Origin: an uncultured virus (IMG/VR IMGVR_UViG_3300033992_000526)
Taxonomy: Duplodnaviria > Heunggongvirae > Uroviricota > Caudoviricetes
Virus record (IMG/VR): IMGVR_UViG_3300033992_000526
Strand: one strand, 5' to 3'
Length of the DNA stretch: 59,667 nt
Position 1 is the first letter of the stretch. Each line of letters starts with the position of its first letter. This document shows positions 10,284 through 19,754 of this stretch, piece by piece. Under the pieces are notes generated by a model. That model saw nothing but the letters and a program-made list of their open reading frames with translations, searched no databases and was not told where the DNA came from. Position numbers and translations under genes: made by a program.

Positions 10284-11298
10284 AATTGGTTAAACTGTAA
10301 TCGTACAGTGTTTTAGAAGCTAGGTTTTTAGCTTTAGACTCGCACATAATGTCAAAGTCTTTTCTAAAAGTCAATGCCCAATCATTAACAGACTTGTTCC
10401 AATAGAAGTTGCTGTGTGCTCGCATCTTCTGTTTTTTGTAGCCGTTCTCTAGCAATAATGCATGATCAGGTAACGTAATTGGACAATGCCCTATTAACAC
10501 ATCTTCTCGGCTGACTGAATAATGAATAACAGGACGAACGCCACGCCACGATTCAATCACACGCTGACATCTATCGTCGGTGGCTTGAATGTAGTCTCCT
10601 GTACGGATCCAGTGGTGGTGTATATCAAGTACGAGGGCACAATGTTTTGCGAGTTCGATACTTGAGTCGATTCCCCAACAGTTTTCGTCGTTTTCGATTG
10701 TGATGCAGTTTCTTGCTTCTGGGGATAACTTTCCCAATGCGTCAATGATGCCTTCGGGGCCGCGTTTACCCGAGATGTGAACATTGATTTTAAGATCTTG
10801 GAAGGTCTTACCGAATCCCATCCAGCGGGCCATATCCACATGATATTCAAACTCCTCAATTGAACGTTCTACAATGCCGGGATTTTCACTAGCCAGCACA
10901 GTAAACTGACCAGGATGAAATGACAAGCGAACGTTATTAGTGCGAGCCAAAGCACCCACTTGGGCGAAGTGCTTTTCCGCATAAGCACGAACGTCTGGTA
11001 GACGCCAAAAGTAGCTATAATCAGGTTGGGTATAGACAGGAAGTATATCACTGCTAATACGTACCATTCGGAGAGATTCATCAAGTGTGCCTACTTTTTC
11101 TACTAGTTTGCGTACAGCTTCAATGTTGCCTTTCATTAGGTCCCACAGTTTTTCTTCTGCTACCTGTTGGCTTTGACGTTTGAGCCATGCCACAGTAGTA
11201 GAACCTGTGTTGTATTGTTTAGCATCGTCTGTAGGCTTAATACCGTCAATTTGTGCAGGATTATCAATCCATTTACATGCAAACCCAATCTTACCCAT
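10282..11298 (-). CDS. uvsE: UV damage endonuclease
   Basis: KIGFACK N-terminus, RISSD, RLSFHPGQF, TIENDE, LDIHHHW, HYS, AHS motifs; start moved to MGKIGF at 11298. Confidence 0.9.
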   Translation of the reverse strand: MGKIGFACKWIDNPAQIDGIKPTDDAKQYNTGSTTVAWLKRQSQQVAEEKLWDLMKGNIEAVRKLVEKVGTLDESLRMVRISSDILPVYTQPDYSYFWRLPDVRAYAEKHFAQVGALARTNNVRLSFHPGQFTVLASENPGIVERSIEEFEYHVDMARWMGFGKTFQDLKINVHISGKRGPEGIIDALGKLSPEARNCITIENDENCWGIDSSIELAKHCALVLDIHHHWIRTGDYIQATDDRCQRVIESWRGVRPVIHYSVSREDVLIGHCPITLPDHALLLENGYKKQKMRAHSNFYWNKSVNDWALTFRKDFDIMCESKAKNLASKTLYDYSLTN

Positions 11299-11299
11299 T

Positions 11300-11470
11300 T
11301 TATTCTTTCTTAGAAAGTGAAAAACCACTGTCGTTATAATCTTTCCAAACTAGTACATCACCGTAGTCCCACCCCATTTGAGCCAATAGATCAGGAGGGA
11401 AAGGCATCATTAATTTTCCAGGATGCTCCGGATCTCCCTCTAGAGTAACAACCTGGCTAGTATCAGTCAT
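11300..11470 (-). CDS. Small AbrB/SpoVT-like protein (56 aa, absent from ORF track)
   Basis: Manual translation MTDTSQVVTLEGDPEHPGKLMMPFPPDLLAQMGWDYGDVLVWKDYNDSGFSLSKKE; similar to N-terminus of the neighbouring 11463-11933 ORF. Confidence 0.7.
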   Translation of the reverse strand: MTDTSQVVTLEGDPEHPGKLMMPFPPDLLAQMGWDYGDVLVWKDYNDSGFSLSKKE

Positions 11471-11933
11471 TTACTTGTTCTTTCCAAGTTGTAAAAAAGT
11501 TTTTGATTTTTGTATCTTCATCCCAAGAAGTACCATAGTCGTTGTCTTTATCGCACAACGCCAGTGCTTCTTCCTTAGTAACAACACGATGAGACACAAT
11601 TTGTTCGCCGATATGTTCTTGGCTAAATTCTTTAGCTTCGTTCATTGTTACAGTATCTAATGCCCATAGAGTTTTATCTTTACCGTACTGGTCTACACCT
11701 ACTGGCACTTCAACCATATAGCGTTCACGAAATGTGCTAACACATTCAACTAGCACCCATTGAGTTGGTTCTTTCTTTTTAAGTTCCCAAGAACCGTCTT
11801 TACGATCAATCCACTCTATCGTGTCCCCTTCTTTCCATCCTGCCTTCTCTAGCAGTTCTGGAGGGAACATTAGGATAGCATCTCCTGTTGCGGGATCTTC
11901 TTCTATATTAAGTGTCCAGTGTTTCTGTTCCAT
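11463..11933 (-). CDS. Protein with N-terminal AbrB/SpoVT-like domain
   Basis: EEDPATGDAILMFPPELLEKAGWKEGDTIEW swapped-hairpin-like pattern. Confidence 0.6.
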   Translation of the reverse strand: MEQKHWTLNIEEDPATGDAILMFPPELLEKAGWKEGDTIEWIDRKDGSWELKKKEPTQWVLVECVSTFRERYMVEVPVGVDQYGKDKTLWALDTVTMNEAKEFSQEHIGEQIVSHRVVTKEEALALCDKDNDYGTSWDEDTKIKNFFTTWKEQVND

Positions 11934-12216
11934 GATCTATTAATTTAACGGTTAGTACACGCATAGTTTTGAAACTACGCCATTCTTGTTTGTCTGTATC
12001 AAAAACCGGAACGGTTTCTAAATCTAGCAGACGGGTTTGATGATGTTCGCGAATTGCTTCACTAGGCATCCAATCTTTATGAAGCGTACACTTCATGACT
12101 CGAAGCTCGCCACTTACTTTAGTAAACTCAACTTCACAAACACCTTGATAGAGGATGTCTTTAATAACTTGATACTGTGTTTCCACAGGGTTAGAGGTAC
12201 CTGCAAAGTCAATCAC
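11908..12216 (-). CDS. WYL_2/Sm-like SH3 barrel phage protein
   Basis: VEFTKVSGELRVMKCTL...VFDTDKQEWRSFK pattern. Confidence 0.65.
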   Translation of the reverse strand: MIDFAGTSNPVETQYQVIKDILYQGVCEVEFTKVSGELRVMKCTLHKDWMPSEAIREHHQTRLLDLETVPVFDTDKQEWRSFKTMRVLTVKLIDHGTETLDT

Positions 12217-12395
12217 ATTCTCACCTTTGAAAATTTATAGTTAACGTATACAAGAGCAAAGTTAACAAGTGCCCAAATGTAGTTACCGCGAGCAATACTA
12301 TCAATGCCGGCAAAAGTCAGCCATCCAATAATAAACCAAGTAATTTGATCTTGATTATAAATGTACCAATTACGAAATGAATTCCACATAAACAC
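12213..12395 (-). CDS. Small membrane protein
   Basis: Two hydrophobic segments; directly downstream of a sigma70 promoter. Confidence 0.6.
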   Translation of the reverse strand: MFMWNSFRNWYIYNQDQITWFIIGWLTFAGIDSIARGNYIWALVNFALVYVNYKFSKVRM

Positions 12396-12412
12396 CTTTC
12401 TAGTAATATCTT

Positions 12413-12441
12413 ATTGTACAGGATTTATGTAGCATTGTCAA
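12413..12441 (-). promoter_or_regulatory. Sigma70-type promoter
   Basis: TTGACA-N17-TACAAT on minus strand. Confidence 0.75.
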
Positions 12442-12612
12442 TCACCAATGTCTAATAACACCAGCAATAATGAACAAATTGGTTATCATGTACACAGATA
12501 CAATTAGTGTACGAATAAGGGCAATACGATCAGCTTCTCGATCAGTATCGCCCATTTTTTCACCTAGGGCCTTGGCCCAAAGTCTCCATACTTTACGCAA
12601 ATAGATCTTCAT
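12442..12612 (-). CDS. Small membrane-anchored phage protein
   Basis: WRLWAKALGEK...ADRIALIRT plus C-terminal hydrophobic helix; start uncertain. Confidence 0.6.
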   Translation of the reverse strand: MKIYLRKVWRLWAKALGEKMGDTDREADRIALIRTLIVSVYMITNLFIIAGVIRHW

Positions 12613-13099
12613 TCCATTCACGATGACCTTCACGGAATGCCATGTTACTTTGGGTTTCACGTACTTCTACACGATAACACCAAAGACGTTTGCTTTCACC
12701 GTCACCCCACATGTCTGGAATGTAAACACCATTCACATACTTGTACAGCATATCGCTCAGTGCTTCGCAACCTAATGCTGGCAGTATTGTTAGCTTTGCT
12801 AACTTACGGCGTTCCATCTCTTTATAGAATTCTAGTTCTGGATCGTCGGCACTAACTAGGGTAGTGTGATCAAATTGATCTTCTAAGATTTTTTTAAGTT
12901 CTTTTAAGCCACCGTAGTCAGCCGCCCAATTACGAACGTCTAGGTCGTTAGTTCCAAAATAGAACTTCATTGAAAAACTGTATCCGTGATTTAGGTTACA
13001 GTGACTATCGGCTCTCCATTGGCGATATGCACATGGAAAAGCATCGTGATACTCTTTTGTCGAGGTGTACTTATATTGTACGGGTTGTAGATTTGCCAT
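12593..13099 (-). CDS. queD: 6-pyruvoyl-tetrahydropterin synthase / QueD-like
   Basis: C..RQWRADSHCNLNHGY, DYGGLKELK..LEDQFDH, CEALS, VEVRET motifs; AAGGAG SD. Confidence 0.85.
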   Translation of the reverse strand: MANLQPVQYKYTSTKEYHDAFPCAYRQWRADSHCNLNHGYSFSMKFYFGTNDLDVRNWAADYGGLKELKKILEDQFDHTTLVSADDPELEFYKEMERRKLAKLTILPALGCEALSDMLYKYVNGVYIPDMWGDGESKRLWCYRVEVRETQSNMAFREGHREWNEDLFA

Positions 13100-13127
13100 C
13101 TCTAGTCTCCTTTGTAAGGTAGCAAGT

Positions 13128-13178
13128 TTGACGACATGCAGAATTTATAAAGCGGGGTGAAAGTCGTTAAAGACCGCT
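13128..13178 (-). promoter_or_regulatory. Candidate preQ1-I-like H-type pseudoknot riboswitch in queD leader
   Basis: P1 AGCGG/CCGCT, loop ending TTCACC, A-rich TATAAA tail, P2 ACGAC/GTCGT; lies between promoter and queD SD. Confidence 0.55.
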
Positions 13179-13185
13179 AGTAACT

Positions 13186-13214
13186 ATTATATAGGCAGAT
13201 ATTTATTCTGTCAA
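13186..13214 (-). promoter_or_regulatory. Sigma70-type promoter for queD
   Basis: TTGACA-N17-TATAAT perfect consensus. Confidence 0.85.
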
Positions 13215-13218
13215 GTGT

Positions 13219-14298
13219 TTAAGCTCTAATTTCACCAAAATTCTTCCAAGTGCCCGGAGTGCCAGATCTGACACAGACCCAACCAATGAAGCCCTGTGGT
13301 AGAGGATTGTCATTCCATACAATGTCTCCTTGTTGGTAAGCACCTTGTGTTGGAGGTTCAACTCCACGCATCTGTAGCTTTCCGCCAATTCGAACATTCC
13401 CACCAACTTCAAATGCTTCAGTTGGATTCTTCACGTTGATGGCCAGTTTACCGTATGCACGAATAACTGTGCTGTCACGGAGTTCATGTCCAAATGTAAT
13501 ATGGCCCTGTTCATCAATACTTACGCGAACTTGGTCATCTGTAATAATGTCCAGTGCCTTGGTATTCAGAGTACCGATGCGGCCACGGCCTCGATCGTCT
13601 GAATCAATAACTACTTCAACATTATTTGGATAATCGTAAACTGTAAACAATGCAGTAGGAGCATCTTGTCCTAGGCTGAATCTATTAGCAATGGGGTTGT
13701 AAAAAACAAAGTCGTTAAAGTTTACAGCACCACTTACATTTAAGTCACGGAGTGTTCCTACAGTTTTTAAACTGGAATTAACAATGCTACTGCCCAGGCT
13801 TTCGCTAGTAAGTACACTGGCACCACCAATAAGATAGTTTCTGCCTTTGGCAATTTCGATGCTTTCTGTACTAAAGAATCGATCAGGACCAGCCATCAAC
13901 ACCAATTGTTTATTGTAAGGGGCACCTGGCCATAACAATCCTGTACCTACGTTTGTACCGCTTTCTCCGTGTGCAAACTCTAGATATTGCTTTTCATAAA
14001 TCTGATTTGTGATAATTTCTGTAGTACGAACAAATCCTGCATCTAGTACACCATAGATTTTAACATCCCCTCGGAATGTAGTGTTACCTTCGATGTTCTT
14101 TACATTCAGTGTCTGTACTGTAATTTTATCATCTTCTACAACTAACGTCTGTTTTGTAGCAAGATCTTTAATACCTGTGCTACCAAAATTGGTAATTGTT
14201 CCGCCATCAATAACATCGCCGCTAAAATCGTTTTCTACAATTAATAAGCTGCCGCGTGGAATATTTTCTAGATTACCTGCATCAAATGTCTTTACCAT
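13219..14298 (-). CDS. Putative virion/fibre-like protein
   Basis: Beta-rich, SSLKTVGTL.DLNVSG and GDIVWNDNP...IGWVC motifs seen in phage fibre proteins; TAAATA upstream. Confidence 0.5.
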   Translation of the reverse strand: MVKTFDAGNLENIPRGSLLIVENDFSGDVIDGGTITNFGSTGIKDLATKQTLVVEDDKITVQTLNVKNIEGNTTFRGDVKIYGVLDAGFVRTTEIITNQIYEKQYLEFAHGESGTNVGTGLLWPGAPYNKQLVLMAGPDRFFSTESIEIAKGRNYLIGGASVLTSESLGSSIVNSSLKTVGTLRDLNVSGAVNFNDFVFYNPIANRFSLGQDAPTALFTVYDYPNNVEVVIDSDDRGRGRIGTLNTKALDIITDDQVRVSIDEQGHITFGHELRDSTVIRAYGKLAINVKNPTEAFEVGGNVRIGGKLQMRGVEPPTQGAYQQGDIVWNDNPLPQGFIGWVCVRSGTPGTWKNFGEIRA

Positions 14299-14321
14299 GG
14301 TGTTGTTCCGTAAATGTGAGA

Positions 14322-14360
14322 AGCCCCTAAGTGCTTTTGTGTATTTAGCACATAGGGGCT
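14322..14360 (-). terminator. Stem-loop after clpP (possible terminator) with TAAATA in its loop
   Basis: AGCCCCTA...TAGGGGCT outer stem, GTGCT/AGCAC inner stem; weak U-tract. Confidence 0.45.
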
Positions 14361-14377
14361 CTACAGTTTAGGAACGA

Positions 14378-14998
14378 TTATACGGGTCTATTTTCCACTA
14401 CTTGATCAGCAAGACCGTGCTGTACAGCCTCTGCGGCACTTAAAAATGTGTCAAACTTCATAGTTTCGAACATTTCTTCGTATGTTTTCCCAGCAGTATT
14501 GTGTTTGACATACAGCTGAGTCAGCCGTTCGTTTACTCGTTTAGATTCTTCAAAACTACGTTTAGCATCTTCAAATTGCAGATCTTGTACATGAACTGAT
14601 CCGCTTGTGCCCCGTGTTCCTGAACTAACACGATGGATCATTGTTCGAGCCTCTGGAAGTACAAATCGTTTACCCCTGGCACCTGCTTGTGCAAGGAAAG
14701 AGCCCATAGAGCAGGCTTGTCCCATAACATAAGTGCAGACATCTGGTTTGATAAACTGCATAACATCGTAGATGCTAAGTCCAGCGGTGACTACTCCGCC
14801 AGGACTGTTAATGTAAAAATGAATGTCTTTGGCTGCATCTTGACTTTCAAGATGCAGCATCTGTGCCACAATCAAATTGGCACTATGGTCATCAACTGGA
14901 CCATTTAAGAAAACAATTCGTTCGTTCAGCAGTCGACTAAAAATGTCAAATGCACGTTCTCCCGAACTTGTTTTTTCGATTACCATTGGTACTAGCAT
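14378..14998 (-). CDS. clpP: ATP-dependent Clp protease proteolytic subunit
   Basis: MLVPMVIE...[28 protein letters not shown] (catalytic Ser), MIHR; AAAGGA SD before 14998. Confidence 0.95.
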   Translation of the reverse strand: MLVPMVIEKTSSGERAFDIFSRLLNERIVFLNGPVDDHSANLIVAQMLHLESQDAAKDIHFYINSPGGVVTAGLSIYDVMQFIKPDVCTYVMGQACSMGSFLAQAGARGKRFVLPEARTMIHRVSSGTRGTSGSVHVQDLQFEDAKRSFEESKRVNERLTQLYVKHNTAGKTYEEMFETMKFDTFLSAAEAVQHGLADQVVENRPV

Positions 14999-15029
14999 AA
15001 TTTTTCCTTTGTTTATTGTAGCAGATTGT

Positions 15030-15806
15030 TTATTTGTTTGCAACTAAATTTTTATCTAAAAATTCTTTTGTTCGTTTTCTTGAGAGCCTGTCTGCTTCTG
15101 AATTATACTCCATGTAATATCCGTATGCAACTCTTGATGGAAAATTCATATCAAACGCATGGGTGGCATTTTTATACATGTGTGATTCATATTTCTCTAT
15201 ATTTGTACATAATTCTGGCGGCGTCCATGTGTCCTTATCTCCAAAATGTATCTGCACAGGAAACTGTGGTCTTGACCAATCTCTTCCTATAAAATTGAAA
15301 TACTTATTGTAACAGCTCGGATAATATGCTATTGCGGCATCTACTCCGCTGACCCGATCGTTATTTGCTAGATTTAACACAGTACTGCCTCCGTGGCTAA
15401 ATCCTATTACTGCTATTTTTCCAGTATGCCAAGTTTGTTTTTTAATATAATCAACTAACTTGCCAATATCGTATGCCCGTAATTCGGGATTAACTGCATA
15501 TCCTCTATGACAGAGGTTAGAAAAACCTCTTGGCAAAAAAGAATCTACCATAACTCCATTGTAACCCCAACGACTAACTTGTACTAACCATTCTTTATAG
15601 GACTGATTTTGAGTGCCGTCACACCCGTGTGCAATGATAACAGTTGGCCTTGGAGTATTTTTTACTTCCTTAAAAACATACTTTTCCTCAATAGGAATTC
15701 CGTTAGTGTGATAGTTAGTGTCCTTTGTTGGATAATATGACTCAGGAACTGTAGTACATCCAACTGCCGCAGAGGCAAGACACATTATTAAAATAATATT
15801 CTTCAT
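15030..15806 (-). CDS. Dienelactone hydrolase-family alpha/beta hydrolase, lipoprotein
   Basis: Lipobox-like AVGC; HGCDG, GFSHGG nucleophile elbow, GDKDTW, ATHAFD. Confidence 0.8.
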   Translation of the reverse strand: MKNIILIMCLASAAVGCTTVPESYYPTKDTNYHTNGIPIEEKYVFKEVKNTPRPTVIIAHGCDGTQNQSYKEWLVQVSRWGYNGVMVDSFLPRGFSNLCHRGYAVNPELRAYDIGKLVDYIKKQTWHTGKIAVIGFSHGGSTVLNLANNDRVSGVDAAIAYYPSCYNKYFNFIGRDWSRPQFPVQIHFGDKDTWTPPELCTNIEKYESHMYKNATHAFDMNFPSRVAYGYYMEYNSEADRLSRKRTKEFLDKNLVANK

Positions 15807-16021
15807 TTAGTTACTTTAATTTTTGTCGTACACGCATCAATTACTTGTACTACTACAGGTTTTAATCGAGGGCTAATTTCAAAACTTTCTTGAACTTCTT
15901 TACATATAGTCACACATCGATTGTTAGTTAACTCCACAGCCATGTTAATGTATTCTAGCTCTGGTCCAGTGTTTAAGTCAATGGAGTATTTCCTCCACAT
16001 AACTGTTTCTACAACATTCAT
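15803..16021 (-). CDS. Hypothetical protein
   Basis: ORF overlapping neighbours by 4 nt in the same orientation. Confidence 0.5.
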   Translation of the reverse strand: MNVVETVMWRKYSIDLNTGPELEYINMAVELTNNRCVTICKEVQESFEISPRLKPVVVQVIDACTTKIKVTK

Positions 16022-17232
16022 TTAAACACCTTTAAAATCATAATGTCCACATTCATACGCCCGTTCATAATAGTCTCGGTAGCTTTAATCTTACCAAACC
16101 AATCTGTAACTCGTCTCTGAGTGTTCTGTTCTTTAAACTCACGTAGTTGATCTGCCGGCTTACGCAGAGTTTTCTGGAAGCTCTTTTCAGTAAACTCAGC
16201 AATACTAGTACCTTTGACACTCAGCCCGGCTGATGTCTTAGCAATATAGATACCAATTTTTCGAGTCTTGCTGTTGTAAATAACTGCCGCCTGTGCTCCG
16301 ATCAAGCCCGCAGCCGGCACTGACACTACACCTAGTTTATCGTCAATAGGTTTAAATTTGAGTTTTGCCACTAGCTCTTCTGCTGGCTTAACTTTCTTAG
16401 CACGTGGCTTCTTTAGAATTTTCTGTTCGGCGGCAATCTGTTCACATGCAGCCATAATCATTTCGTAGAACTCAATCAGTTTCTTAACATTCTTTCGACT
16501 GTTGTGCTTATACGCTTCACGCAACTGTTCATCGGCATTACCACTAGCCAGTTCGGCTAGTTCATCAAAGTTTCGCTGAAAATACTGTTTAATAAAACGT
16601 GAGTGGGCGGCCTTGGCACCTTTACTACGCAACAGATTAATAATCTTGATATCCTTGGGATTGAATGCTTCTGGGTCTAAGATCCAGCTGTCGATGGCGG
16701 CATCGAGTTCTTCGCTCATTGTGCCAGCAGCCTCACGCATACGATCTTGAATAGTAGGTTGTGCTACTGTAATTTTTGCAGATTTTATTTCTTTGTCATC
16801 TTCAACTTCGTCATCAGCACCTTGCTCAATTACCTTGGCAATTTCGTTTCGCAACCATTGTGCAGTGTCTCGACCTTGATTAAAGTCTTCATGAACTTCT
16901 GGCATACCACGAAGCAGGCAAGCGGCAACACTGCCCATAGTTGTACCGCAACGACTGTCCTTAGTGTCTTTAAATGCTTTGATGTCTGACTTGTCGTAGC
17001 CGTTTGCTGCCATCCAGTTGATAACTGCTGGCTTAAGATCCTTATTAGTCTTTTCCAAACGGTAGTAGGCCATAGCACCACGGAAGTGACGATTAAATTC
17101 TTCGCCAGTTAGCTCTGCGGTATTGTCCCACTTTGGGCTATAGTCACGTTTGGCATTCTCACGAATGCTTTGGCTAGTGATTTTTTCTTTTTTAACTTTG
17201 GGTTTGATCTTGATGCCTGCAACTGTTGCCAT
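16018..17232 (-). CDS. Conserved-looking early phage protein, function unknown
   Basis: 404 aa, AAGGAG SD, own sigma70 promoter. Confidence 0.75.
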   Translation of the reverse strand: MATVAGIKIKPKVKKEKITSQSIRENAKRDYSPKWDNTAELTGEEFNRHFRGAMAYYRLEKTNKDLKPAVINWMAANGYDKSDIKAFKDTKDSRCGTTMGSVAACLLRGMPEVHEDFNQGRDTAQWLRNEIAKVIEQGADDEVEDDKEIKSAKITVAQPTIQDRMREAAGTMSEELDAAIDSWILDPEAFNPKDIKIINLLRSKGAKAAHSRFIKQYFQRNFDELAELASGNADEQLREAYKHNSRKNVKKLIEFYEMIMAACEQIAAEQKILKKPRAKKVKPAEELVAKLKFKPIDDKLGVVSVPAAGLIGAQAAVIYNSKTRKIGIYIAKTSAGLSVKGTSIAEFTEKSFQKTLRKPADQLREFKEQNTQRRVTDWFGKIKATETIMNGRMNVDIMILKVFK

Positions 17233-17263
17233 GTGTCGCTCCTTTGTGTTTCAGTATGTTATT

Positions 17264-17292
17264 ATTATATAGCCAATTGGGGGCTTTGTCAA
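17264..17292 (-). promoter_or_regulatory. Sigma70-type promoter
   Basis: TTGACA-N17-TATAAT. Confidence 0.85.
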
Positions 17293-17567
17293 GAGTCGGT
17301 AATACCAGTTTTGTCCAAATATTCACTATATTTCAGCAGAAACATGGTGCGTTTTGGCTCGTTGTAAAAATCCAAGTGTATAGATTCTTTCAGGTATTTG
17401 TGTCCAAAATCTGAATCCGTTTTCCATACTGCATGTCTCCTAACAGTAAATCCTAAAACAGACTTCATCTTATCTCGAATAAGCATTACACTGGGAGGGG
17501 TATCTTTAGTCAGTTGAGAATGCAGACGGAGCCATTGCTCCAAATTTAATACAATTGGTTTGCTCAT
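17289..17567 (-). CDS. Hypothetical protein
   Basis: ORF in tightly packed minus-strand run. Confidence 0.6.
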   Translation of the reverse strand: MSKPIVLNLEQWLRLHSQLTKDTPPSVMLIRDKMKSVLGFTVRRHAVWKTDSDFGHKYLKESIHLDFYNEPKRTMFLLKYSEYLDKTGITDS

Positions 17568-18103
17568 TAGAATTCATCATTTTGGTCCACGACTATCCAA
17601 CCAAGTCGTTTTAGGTCTTCTCGAATCTCATCAGTAACTACCTTTTCCGGAACATATCCGTTTGGGAACTTGATGTTTATTTCTGGATCATAATTGCCGT
17701 CGTTTCGAATACCCGAACAATACCAATCGATGTAGTCGCCCTCTTGACGCATATCTGCAATAATGCCCCCAGCCGATCTCCAACTGGCACTCCAAGTTTT
17801 TTCAGTTAGGATAGGAATGACTGCTAACTTTTGGAAATCGTTGTTGCAGATTGCGGCATAAAGATTTTGGGCATATGATTTGTTAGCACGAACTTTTGCC
17901 AAAATCCAATCAGTGGTTACTAGATCGTATTCCATGTTATCAATCTTGGACTCTGGAGTTTGCCATTTTAGATCAGCTTCTTCTAAAATCTTTTGAAACA
18001 TGTCCAAGTAGTCTTGACTAGGTTCTTCGCCTTTTTCTTTCATACGTTCGACATATCCTTCTTTTTGAAAGGTATGTCGGTCTGGACTTTTACTAGGTTT
18101 CAT
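17567..18103 (-). CDS. Hypothetical protein
   Basis: YAQNLYAAICNN...SWRSAGGIIAD...DYIDWYCSG; packed ORF. Confidence 0.65.
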   Translation of the reverse strand: MKPSKSPDRHTFQKEGYVERMKEKGEEPSQDYLDMFQKILEEADLKWQTPESKIDNMEYDLVTTDWILAKVRANKSYAQNLYAAICNNDFQKLAVIPILTEKTWSASWRSAGGIIADMRQEGDYIDWYCSGIRNDGNYDPEINIKFPNGYVPEKVVTDEIREDLKRLGWIVVDQNDEF

Positions 18104-18291
18104 ATAGTTACTTGTTTTGAATCTGAACGAATCTTACGGCACTCTTCTTTAACCGCAATCGGGTAATCGGGATGAAACTCTGCAATTTCGCAGTTATAAT
18201 AATGCACTCTAGGCAACCTATTATTGACTAAAATCAATATAGGAATGCTTAGAACTATTGCAATAGTTATTATTCTTAGGATCATGTCCAA
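18100..18291 (-). CDS. Small membrane protein
   Basis: N-terminal TM, YNCEIAEFHPDYP..VKEECRK. Confidence 0.55.
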   Translation of the reverse strand: MDMILRIITIAIVLSIPILILVNNRLPRVHYYNCEIAEFHPDYPIAVKEECRKIRSDSKQVTI

Positions 18292-19118
18292 AGACTGTCA
18301 CGTGCCTTGATCAAACGGATCATCATGGCTTCGTCTTCAGCCGTATAGTCAGCTTCGATCTTTTGCAGTAGTTCATGTGAACGTGTGCTGAGTTCTTCAA
18401 GTTCGGGAGTCTTCTTGCTGCCAAAGAGTCTGCCATCGTTAAGTAACCGAGACTTTTCGCAGTATTCTGTCCAGCCACTTACATCGTAGGGGTCAGGACG
18501 ATTGCGATAGGTTACAGTCCACCAAACATAAAGCTCTTTAAGCTCTTTGGCACGGATAGCTTGTCCAGTGGGCTTGCCAAAGTTTAGATTGTCTTCTTCC
18601 ACACCCCAGTCTGAGCCCATGGTCAATGTCATGGCCCAGTCAAGGTGATCAAGGCCAGCTTGGGGACAACGCCAAGTTCTCCAACGCCACCAACCACTTG
18701 CATAGAATGGAGGATTGTATTTGGCACGAGCTTCTTTGTCGCCCCAAGCAATATGACTCCACGCTGATTCTATCTCAACAAAATCAACCAGCTCATTGAA
18801 TAGGCAAGGCAGAAAGCGGTTCCCCACGTCTTGCCACTGGCCAGGCTTAATATCCCGGGGATGAGCGGTAAGACTATGAGTCCGACTAACCCAACGGTTG
18901 TTAATGTAGTACTTGATAGCATGTAGTTTGTCCGGAATAAAATAAACAATTTTTTGTAAGTAATCTAAACCTTCTTCTGCTAACCAGTAGCGGAAGTTGT
19001 GTCGCATTTGTGCAGTAGTAGTCCATTCGTCCCATTCTTCTGATGTGCCAGCCTTGAGTTTGGCTGTGCCGCGGATCCAATCCGCAAACTTTGAGCATGT
19101 CCAATAGTGATTACGCAT
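18282..19118 (-). CDS. Trp-rich hypothetical protein
   Basis: 278 aa packed ORF. Confidence 0.65.
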   Translation of the reverse strand: MRNHYWTCSKFADWIRGTAKLKAGTSEEWDEWTTTAQMRHNFRYWLAEEGLDYLQKIVYFIPDKLHAIKYYINNRWVSRTHSLTAHPRDIKPGQWQDVGNRFLPCLFNELVDFVEIESAWSHIAWGDKEARAKYNPPFYASGWWRWRTWRCPQAGLDHLDWAMTLTMGSDWGVEEDNLNFGKPTGQAIRAKELKELYVWWTVTYRNRPDPYDVSGWTEYCEKSRLLNDGRLFGSKKTPELEELSTRSHELLQKIEADYTAEDEAMMIRLIKARDSLWT

Positions 19119-19422
19119 TTACTTTTCCAAACTTTAAATAAAATTCTGACAGTTTTTTCTTTTCTAACTCAGCTATTATAGCATATTCGTGTCCCATTGT
19201 CAAGTGACTAATGTTCCTATGCCATTCTGGTTTATCTATAGCGTGTTCCATTACATATTGTCCAGCTTCGCTTTTTTCCCATTCCCATAATGGCTGAGCC
19301 GCATACAAGTCTGGGTCGTCAACATCACCCATCATAAATCGGTGTACTACTACTTTATGTATTTCTACTACTCGGCTAGTACCGTTTTCTTCAATAACTT
19401 GACATCTTACTGACATGACCAT
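19111..19422 (-). CDS. Hypothetical protein
   Basis: GDVDDPDLYAAQPLWEWEKSEAG; packed ORF. Confidence 0.6.
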   Translation of the reverse strand: MVMSVRCQVIEENGTSRVVEIHKVVVHRFMMGDVDDPDLYAAQPLWEWEKSEAGQYVMEHAIDKPEWHRNISHLTMGHEYAIIAELEKKKLSEFYLKFGKVNA

Positions 19423-19754
19423 TTTAAATTGAATATGGTTAAAAATTTATCGGCGTCTTCACGTTTCCAAAACTTCCATTCTTGATAACTAAGGCGATTA
19501 ACTAACTTCCAATCTTTTAGTTGAGTAGCAGACCATTCGCATCTTGTATCTAAATTGCCGTAATCTGCTGTGTAATAAAGATACTGTTCGTCATCAGATA
19601 CGTGTTCCCAATCTTCTTCGATTCGCACACGCCATGCTAGATTAACTTTACGCAATACTAGTCTAATCTTAGGTGCGTGTTCTGACATATACTTAAGGTC
19701 TTGATAATTGGGCTCTAATTGCTCAAGGACACCAATCCAGGGATCACTATTCAT
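19407..19754 (-). CDS. Hypothetical protein
   Basis: Packed ORF ending F.LKW. Confidence 0.6.
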   Translation of the reverse strand: MNSDPWIGVLEQLEPNYQDLKYMSEHAPKIRLVLRKVNLAWRVRIEEDWEHVSDDEQYLYYTADYGNLDTRCEWSATQLKDWKLVNRLSYQEWKFWKREDADKFLTIFNLKWSCQ

